Origin: an uncultured Rickettsiales bacterium
Lineage (GTDB): Bacteria; Pseudomonadota; Alphaproteobacteria; Rickettsiales; 21-14-0-20-44-7
Assembly: GCA_964451475.1 (NCBI GenBank)
Contig: CAYVII010000001.1
Location: 1 to 28,930 of the forward strand
DNA length: 28,930 nt
Reading direction: 5' to 3'
Under the pieces are notes generated by a model. That model did not search any database, was not told the DNA's origin, and saw nothing but the letters and a program-made list of their open reading frames with translations. The first letter of the stretch is position 1. The number at the start of each line of letters is the position of its first letter. Made by a program: the position numbers and the translations under genes. This document shows positions 21,895 through 28,930 of the stretch, in pieces.

Positions 21895-22780
21895 CGAAGC
21901 GCTTTGTGATGTTGGTGTAAGAATCTATGCGACGGTCACGCATGAACGGCCAGAATTTGCGTTTTTCTTCAGTTGCTGTCATATCAACTTCTGCAATCAA
22001 TACACATTCAGATGAGCTATCGGCCTGTGCGATTATTTTGCCGTAAGGGTCAGCCACAAAGCTATTGCCCCAGAATTTAATTCCGCCTTCAGTGCCAACG
22101 CGGTTGATAGCCGCAACATAAACGCCGTTTGCAATTGCGTGCGCGCGTTGAATGGTTATCCAGCTATCAAGCTGTTCGGCGAACATTTGTTCTTGCGGTT
22201 TATCTGAGTTTTCCACGTCATCGGGCTGCCAGCCGATAGCGGTTGGGTAAATTAGCGTTTCAGCGCCTTTTAATGCCGTAAGGCGTGCAGCTTCAGGATA
22301 CCATTGATCCCAGCATACAAGCGTGCCTATTTTACCTGCGGATGTATCAAAGCTTTTATATCCAAGGTCACCGGGGGTGAAATAATATTTCTCGTAGAAT
22401 TTATTATCGTGCGGGATGTGCATTTTACGGTAGATACCGCTTAGTGTGCCGTCACGCTCAAGTATAACCGATGTATTGTGGTAAATTCCGGCGGTGCGTT
22501 TTTCAAAAATGCTGCCTGCAACAACTACTTTATGTTTTTTTGCGAACTCGGAAAGTGCCTGAGTGGTTGGGCCGGGAATTGGTTCAGCCAGTTCAAAAAG
22601 AGCGGGGTCTTCGTACTGGCAGAAATAATCATTCATAAAAAGTTCAGGTAAAAGAATGGCATCTACTTTTTTAGAGGCAGCTTCTTCCATTAGCTTAAGC
22701 GCTGTTTTCAGGCTTTTTTTGCTATCACGGTCACAGGCCATTTGAATTAGGCCTATCTTGTATTTTTTATGGTTTGACAT
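21881..22780 (-). CDS. aguB: N-carbamoylputrescine amidase (nitrilase family)
   Basis: Glu-Lys-Cys triad (PELF, YRKMHIP, VCWDQWYPE), EKYYFTPGD, PTAIGW, RDRR; overlaps the aguA start. Confidence 0.9.
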   Translation of the reverse strand: MSNHKKYKIGLIQMACDRDSKKSLKTALKLMEEAASKKVDAILLPELFMNDYFCQYEDPALFELAEPIPGPTTQALSEFAKKHKVVVAGSIFEKRTAGIYHNTSVILERDGTLSGIYRKMHIPHDNKFYEKYYFTPGDLGYKSFDTSAGKIGTLVCWDQWYPEAARLTALKGAETLIYPTAIGWQPDDVENSDKPQEQMFAEQLDSWITIQRAHAIANGVYVAAINRVGTEGGIKFWGNSFVADPYGKIIAQADSSSECVLIAEVDMTATEEKRKFWPFMRDRRIDSYTNITKRFDDQQ

Positions 22781-22819
22781 AGGGGCAGGTAATTAACATA
22801 ATGCCCCCCAAATAGCAAT

Positions 22820-23005
22820 ATGGAACAAAAAAAGCCCAACTTTTTTAAGCGCGTAAAGCAGTACAAAAACAAAGGAAAGTACGGCAAACGGGCTTTCTAT
22901 ATCTGGATAACGTACCAGACCGTTAAGGGTATTACCACTACATCACTTATCTGGATACCGCTGATTTACGGCTATTTAAAGCACCGCCACCTGTTTGGTT
23001 TTTAA
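22820..23005 (+). CDS. Small basic membrane protein (61 aa), hypothetical
   Basis: Fills the gap between aguB and the regulator exactly; Lys-rich N-terminus followed by hydrophobic segments; no clear RBS. Confidence 0.5.
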   Translation: MEQKKPNFFKRVKQYKNKGKYGKRAFYIWITYQTVKGITTTSLIWIPLIYGYLKHRHLFGF

Positions 23006-23607
23006 TTTATAAGCTTGTAACCTTCACCGCGAACCGTTTGTATCTGGTTAGGGTTGGTCAGTTTTTTGCGCAAGCGGGCAATTTGCACGTCAACCGCACG
23101 TTCGTCTATGCCGTATTTTTGGGATATCTCAGCGCGTGATATTGCGCGGTTCATATTGGCAGAAAGTAGCTCCAGCAGATTTTCCTCGGCTGTTGTAAGG
23201 TTGCCGCTGGTTTCAACTTTTATGCCTTTTACAGGTTGGGTGCGCTTTAATATTGAGTTGATGCGCAAGACCAGTTCTTTTGGTTCAAAAGGTTTGGTCA
23301 AATAATCATCAGCGCCATTTTCAAGTCCGCTTATCCTATCGGCGCTTTCGCCCATTGCTGTTAGCATCAGCACGGGAATATCTGACGTAGTGCGCAGTTT
23401 TTTTAGAAAATCAAAACCGGTTTCTTTTGGCATCATGCCATCAAGCACAATCAGGTCAAACTGCATGTACGCCAGATGTTCACGCGCTGTATGCGCCGAT
23501 TCTGCACCAACTACCATGAAGCCGCTTTCTGTAAGGAATTTGCGCAGTAATGCGCGAAGGCGGTTATCATCATCAACAACCAGTATGTGTGGCAGGGATG
23601 ATTTCAT
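23002..23607 (-). CDS. OmpR-family response regulator (alphaproteobacterial OmpR/PetR-like)
   Basis: ILVVDDD, IVLDGMMP (phospho-Asp), MLTA, GADDYLTKPF; winged helix RAVDVQIARLRKKL...IQTVRGEGY. Confidence 0.9.
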   Translation of the reverse strand: MKSSLPHILVVDDDNRLRALLRKFLTESGFMVVGAESAHTAREHLAYMQFDLIVLDGMMPKETGFDFLKKLRTTSDIPVLMLTAMGESADRISGLENGADDYLTKPFEPKELVLRINSILKRTQPVKGIKVETSGNLTTAEENLLELLSANMNRAISRAEISQKYGIDERAVDVQIARLRKKLTNPNQIQTVRGEGYKLIN

Positions 23608-23612
23608 GCGCT

Positions 23613-24896
23613 TTAAGCTGCTGTTTTGTACTTAGCTTTGTACTTTTTAATGCGCTCTTCCAGCTCCGGGCGGAAGTGGCGGATAAGCCCCTGTACCGGC
23701 CATGCTGCGGCATCGCCAAGTGCACAGATCGTATGACCTTCTATCTGGCGTGTCAGTTCTTCCAGACGGTCAATCTCTTCAATCTCTGCGTTGCCTTTAA
23801 CCATACGCTTCATTGTACGGTAAAGCCAGCCTGTACCTTCACGGCAAGGAGTGCACTGGCCGCAAGACTCATGCTTATAGAAATGCGAAAGACGGCAAAT
23901 TGCTTCAACGATATCTGTTGATTTATCCATTACGATAATACCCGCAGTGCCAAGGCCGGAACGTACAGCACGAAGGCTATCAAAATCCATCAGCACTTCA
24001 TCACATATCGACTTTGGAAGGGCAGGAACAGATGAACCGCCCGGAATAATTGCCTGTAGATTATCCCAACCGCCGCGTACGCCGCCGGCATGTTTTTCAA
24101 TCAGGTCTTTTAACGGAATACCCATTGCTTCCTCAACGTTGCAAGGCTTGTTTACATGGCCGGAAATGCAGTAAACTTTTGTGCCTACATTGTTCGGGCG
24201 GCCAATTCCGGCAAACCAGCTTGCACCACGGCGAAGTATTGTTGGAACAACTGCAATAGACTCAACGTTGTTAACCGTTGTAGGGCAGCCATAAAGGCCC
24301 GCACCTGCAGGGAAAGGGGGTTTGAGGCGCGGTTGGCCTTTTTTGCCTTCCAGGCTTTCAATAAGCGCAGTTTCTTCACCACAGATATATGCGCCAGCGC
24401 CACGGTGCAAATAAACATCGCAGTCCCAGCCGGATTTGCATGCGTTCTTACCAATTAAACCTGCTTCGTATGCTTCATCAATTGCGTTTTGCAGGTTTAC
24501 TGCTTCGTTGTAAAACTCGCCGCGGATGTAGATATAAACTGCGTGTGCGCGGATAGCGAAAGCGGCAATTAAGCAGCCTTCAATTAGTTTGTGCGGATCA
24601 TTACGTAAAATATCACGGTCTTTGCATGTACCAGGCTCAGACTCATCGGCATTTACTACAAGGTAGCTAGGACGAGGGTCTGCTTTTGGCATAAAGCTCC
24701 ACTTCATACCGGTACTGAAGCCGGCGCCGCCACGGCCGCGTAGGCCGGAAGCTTTTACTTCTTCAATAATTTTGTCGTGCCCCCAAGCAAGGATGTCTTT
24801 TGTTTTATCCCAATCACCACGCTTTTGCGCAGCTTTAAGGCCATAGCTTTCTACGCCATAAAGGTTAGTGAAAATTTTATCTTTAGCATCAAGCAT
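23613..24896 (-). CDS. nuoF: NADH-quinone oxidoreductase subunit F
   Basis: [50 protein letters not shown]. Confidence 0.97.
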   Translation of the reverse strand: MLDAKDKIFTNLYGVESYGLKAAQKRGDWDKTKDILAWGHDKIIEEVKASGLRGRGGAGFSTGMKWSFMPKADPRPSYLVVNADESEPGTCKDRDILRNDPHKLIEGCLIAAFAIRAHAVYIYIRGEFYNEAVNLQNAIDEAYEAGLIGKNACKSGWDCDVYLHRGAGAYICGEETALIESLEGKKGQPRLKPPFPAGAGLYGCPTTVNNVESIAVVPTILRRGASWFAGIGRPNNVGTKVYCISGHVNKPCNVEEAMGIPLKDLIEKHAGGVRGGWDNLQAIIPGGSSVPALPKSICDEVLMDFDSLRAVRSGLGTAGIIVMDKSTDIVEAICRLSHFYKHESCGQCTPCREGTGWLYRTMKRMVKGNAEIEEIDRLEELTRQIEGHTICALGDAAAWPVQGLIRHFRPELEERIKKYKAKYKTAA

Positions 24897-25101
24897 TGCC
24901 GTTCCTCAAATTTTTTCTTTCCTTGTAAAATAAACTTACAAGACCACCACATGAAATCCCAAGTCCAATAGACGTCAGTTGATAAAATATTTTCATTGAA
25001 TCAAGTACCAATGCAACGAAGGCCAACGCAGTTATGAATAGTACAGTGAAAGTCAGGCCTTTTATATACTTATAACGTTCTATCTGTCGGTCTTTTTGCA
25101 T
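24889..25101 (-). CDS. Small two-TM hypothetical protein between nuoE and nuoF
   Basis: TAATG overlap with the nuoE stop and an 8-bp overlap with the nuoF start (its 3' end carries the nuoF GAGG RBS); two hydrophobic stretches. Confidence 0.6.
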   Translation of the reverse strand: MQKDRQIERYKYIKGLTFTVLFITALAFVALVLDSMKIFYQLTSIGLGISCGGLVSLFYKERKNLRNGNA

Positions 25102-25691
25102 TACTTAGCCTCCTTCGGCTTAAACCCTTCAGGGGCAGAGCATTGGCGGCCTATAACGCTGCCAGCAGGACGGCGTTTGCCTGTTTTAAGTTCTTTTAGA
25201 ATTTTAGTAGTTTCATCAGGCGTGATGTCTTCATAGTAATCATCATTCACCCAAAGAATCGGTGCGTTTACGCAAGCGCCAAGGCATTCCATTTCTTTCA
25301 ATGTAAATTTACCGTCAGATGTAGTTTCACCAACTTCAATGTTCATGTGTTTTTTGCAGGCATCAAGAATATTATCAGAGCCACGCAGCCAGCACGGGGT
25401 TGTACGGCAAACCCAAACAACGTTCTCGCCCACTTTTTCTGTATGGTATTGCTCATAGAAAGTGGCAACTTCCTGCACGCGGATATATGGCATGTTCAGG
25501 TAATCACCCACATATTCAATACATTCCTGAGAAAGCCAGCCGCCGTTTTGGCGCTGTGCAATATCAAGTAGCGGCATTACCGCTGAAAAGTGGCGGTTCT
25601 CAGGGTATTTTGCAATATGCTTGTCTGCCGCCTTTTTATTTTCTGCGGTGAATTCAAACTTTGCAGGTTCTGTCTTTTTAGCTTTAGCCAT
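25101..25691 (-). CDS. nuoE: NADH-quinone oxidoreductase subunit E
   Basis: VCRTTPCWLRG and ECLGACVNAP [2Fe-2S] cysteines; YYEDITP. Confidence 0.96.
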   Translation of the reverse strand: MAKAKKTEPAKFEFTAENKKAADKHIAKYPENRHFSAVMPLLDIAQRQNGGWLSQECIEYVGDYLNMPYIRVQEVATFYEQYHTEKVGENVVWVCRTTPCWLRGSDNILDACKKHMNIEVGETTSDGKFTLKEMECLGACVNAPILWVNDDYYEDITPDETTKILKELKTGKRRPAGSVIGRQCSAPEGFKPKEAK

Positions 25692-25693
25692 GA

Positions 25694-26437
25694 TTATTCA
25701 ATTTCGTAAGTTATCGTAACGTTAGAGTTTAGTTTGATGCTGCCAAGTATTTCAGTGTCTGTAACAGGCATTGCTTCTGCAGCTGCATTTGCAGTACCCA
25801 TAAACTTGCCGCGCATTTGTGCCATTGGGTAAACTATATTGTCTTCATAACCTTCATAGCGCACGGGTTTTTTAAGTTTTACGCCAAGCTTATTAGCGAT
25901 TTTTTCCGCTTTTGCTTTTGCAGCTTCAATTGCCATATCGCGCACTTTATCTTTATGAGGGGTAATTTCAGTAACGCCATACTGGCCGCTATTTACGCTT
26001 GCATATCCGCTTTCAGCCAGGCCTTCCAGTACAGCATCGTATTTTGTAAGGTCGGTCAGTTTAATATTCAGGCTACGATTTACATCGTAGTAATCAATCA
26101 CTGTCTGATCGCATTTTTTGTAATTACCTTTTTCATCGTAGCAGTTTTTATAAACAGGGTTGATAGAAAGCGAATTACCTTTAATATCGGTTTTTTTCAT
26201 CCCGAATTTACCGGTAAGGTCTTTTAGTATCTTTGCGTAACTTTCATCGTTCAGCTTTTTAGCTTTTGCCAGATCTTTATCGCGGCTGTTAAGGTTAGCG
26301 CTGATGCTCACAAAATCAGGCTTAACTTCAAGTTCTGCTATACCTTGAGTAACCAGCACTGATTTTGAGTACATGTCATCTGCCATTGCAGGTGAAGCGA
26401 TTAGAGCCAGTAGTAGAAATGTGAATATTTTTTTCAT
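25694..26437 (-). CDS. Secreted SIMPL (DUF541) domain protein
   Basis: Signal peptide ending AMA; [42 protein letters not shown]. Confidence 0.85.
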   Translation of the reverse strand: MKKIFTFLLLALIASPAMADDMYSKSVLVTQGIAELEVKPDFVSISANLNSRDKDLAKAKKLNDESYAKILKDLTGKFGMKKTDIKGNSLSINPVYKNCYDEKGNYKKCDQTVIDYYDVNRSLNIKLTDLTKYDAVLEGLAESGYASVNSGQYGVTEITPHKDKVRDMAIEAAKAKAEKIANKLGVKLKKPVRYEGYEDNIVYPMAQMRGKFMGTANAAAEAMPVTDTEILGSIKLNSNVTITYEIE

Positions 26438-27636
26438 CGGTCGATCTCTCCAAATACGATATCCTGTGTTGCAATAAGAGCGGTTACGTCGGCCAGCAAG
26501 TGGCCTTTGCTCATGAAGTCTAAGCCCTGAAGATGCGCAAAACCGGGCGCGCGGCAGAAGCAGCGGTAAGGTTTGTTTGTGCCGTCAGAAACTATGTATA
26601 CGCCGAATTCACCTTTAGGCGCTTCAACGGCAGTATATGTTTCACCTGCGGGAACGCGGTAACCTTCAGTGTAAAGTTTGAAGTGGTGGATAAGCGCTTC
26701 CATTGAATGCTTCATTTCTGAGCGTTTTGGAGGAGCTACTTTTTTATCAGACGTTTTAACAGGGCCGGAAGGCATTTTTTCGCATGCCTGTTTGATAATT
26801 TTTAGACTCTGGCGCATTTCTTCCATGCGGATAAGGTAACGGTCATAGCAGTCACCGTTTTTACCGATCGGTATATCAAATTCATAATTCTCGTAGCCGT
26901 CATATGGCTGGCTTTTGCGCAAGTCCCACGCAACGCCTGAGCCGCGCAGCATCGGGCCGCTAAAGCCCCACTCGAACGCTTCTTCTTTTGAAACCACCCC
27001 AATATCAACAGTACGCTGTTTAAAAATACGGTTCTCGGTTAAAAGCTCATCAACATCGTTCAGTATCTTAGGATAAGTTTCAGTGAATTTGTAAATATCA
27101 TCAATAAGGCGCTGGTCAATATCTGCCGCTACTCCACCCGGACGGAAGTAAGCTGAGTGGAAGCGAGCACCGGATGCGCGCTCATAGAATTCCAGCATTT
27201 TCTCACGTTCTTCAAACAGCCATAGAAGCGGCGTCATTGCGCCAACGTCAAGCGCGCCTGTAGTTACGTTCAGGATGTGGTTAAGTATGCGTGAAATTTC
27301 AGCGTACACAACGCGAATGGCTTGTGCGCGGGCAGGAATTTCGCAACCTAAAAGTTTTTCAACTGCCAGTGAATATGCGTGCTCCTGATTCATTGGAGCA
27401 ACGTAATCAAGCCTGTCAAAATAAGGTAGCGCCTGCAAGTATGTTTTATATTCAATCAGCTTTTCAGTGCCGCGGTGGAGCAGGCCGATATGCGGATCGG
27501 CACGGTCAACAACCTCACCTTCCATTTCCAGTATCAAACGCAGAACGCCGTGCGCCGCAGGGTGCTGCGGACCAAAGTTGATGGTTACTTTATCGTCCTC
27601 GCGGGACTCTATCATTTGCTCGATATTGATGGTCAT
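26434..27636 (-). CDS. nuoD: NADH-quinone oxidoreductase subunit D
   Basis: [40 protein letters not shown]. Confidence 0.97.
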   Translation of the reverse strand: MTINIEQMIESREDDKVTINFGPQHPAAHGVLRLILEMEGEVVDRADPHIGLLHRGTEKLIEYKTYLQALPYFDRLDYVAPMNQEHAYSLAVEKLLGCEIPARAQAIRVVYAEISRILNHILNVTTGALDVGAMTPLLWLFEEREKMLEFYERASGARFHSAYFRPGGVAADIDQRLIDDIYKFTETYPKILNDVDELLTENRIFKQRTVDIGVVSKEEAFEWGFSGPMLRGSGVAWDLRKSQPYDGYENYEFDIPIGKNGDCYDRYLIRMEEMRQSLKIIKQACEKMPSGPVKTSDKKVAPPKRSEMKHSMEALIHHFKLYTEGYRVPAGETYTAVEAPKGEFGVYIVSDGTNKPYRCFCRAPGFAHLQGLDFMSKGHLLADVTALIATQDIVFGEIDR

Positions 27637-28061
27637 TACTGATTGAAATTCGCGTTACTGTTCATTGATGATTGGCCAAGCACGGTGTTCTGGCCAAGAG
27701 TTATAATAATATTGTCAGGATATTTATTTGCCGCGCCCGTGCTTGCGTCAACTATAGCACCTACGCCAAGAGTCAATGCCGCACCGCCGTAACCCCATGC
27801 ACCCACGTCAGAAAGAACTTTGGCAGTTCCAGATGCGCTTCCGTTTTGCGGAACGCATGTGATCTCAATAGGTTTAACCGACTTTGGAACGTTCACAGTG
27901 CCGGGGGCATTGAAAGAAGTATTGTAATCTTCGCCTTTTACCGAGCAGTTTGAAGGAACTGAAGGTGAAGTTGCAACAGTAAGGGTTTGCGTACTACCTT
28001 CAATAATTGAAGCACATGAAGATATTAGCAGTGCAGAAGTAATAAGAAGGAACTTTTTCAT
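27636..28061 (-). CDS. Predicted lipoprotein, paralog of 10213..10818
   Basis: Lipobox ISSC (Cys16), CASIIEG, NAPG, VDASTG, YP; GGAG RBS; TAATG overlap with nuoD. Confidence 0.78.
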   Translation of the reverse strand: MKKFLLITSALLISSCASIIEGSTQTLTVATSPSVPSNCSVKGEDYNTSFNAPGTVNVPKSVKPIEITCVPQNGSASGTAKVLSDVGAWGYGGAALTLGVGAIVDASTGAANKYPDNIIITLGQNTVLGQSSMNSNANFNQ

Positions 28062-28069
28062 ATGGTCTC

Positions 28070-28930
<861 letters not shown>

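Overview
Compact alphaproteobacterial chromosomal window; the lineage is inferred from the proteins and is possibly deep-branching or Rickettsiales-like. No rRNA, tRNA, CRISPR array, transposase, integrase or phage gene was seen. Left third: housekeeping genes (3' end of parC, RDD, rlmE, a DUF3857/transglutaminase-like protein, an ABC-F ATPase, guaB, an RsmB/NOP methyltransferase, ligA) plus a 957-aa orphan with a C-terminal EreA/ChaN/TIKI-like motif set. Centre: two paralogous secreted His/Tyr/Lys-rich peptides ending in IGFNF that flank DUF167, then a stand-alone formyltransferase and a polyamine locus of two convergent arms. One arm is a fold-III ornithine decarboxylase behind a structured speF-like leader, a secreted protein, and carboxy(nor)spermidine dehydrogenase and decarboxylase. 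The other arm is aguB-aguA-SET, with the SET gene split at its NHS motif. Right third: nuoB(partial)-C-D-E-F with a non-respiratory gene tightly inserted at each of the C/D, D/E and E/F junctions, followed by an orphan OmpR-family regulator where nuoG would be. Best leads: a SET methyltransferase coupled to agmatine-to-putrescine genes (candidate polyamine N-methylation), the IGFNF peptide pair with a shared upstream motif, the effector-like 957-aa protein, and structured leaders at the decarboxylase and guaB. All family calls come from motif recognition by eye; no search was run.
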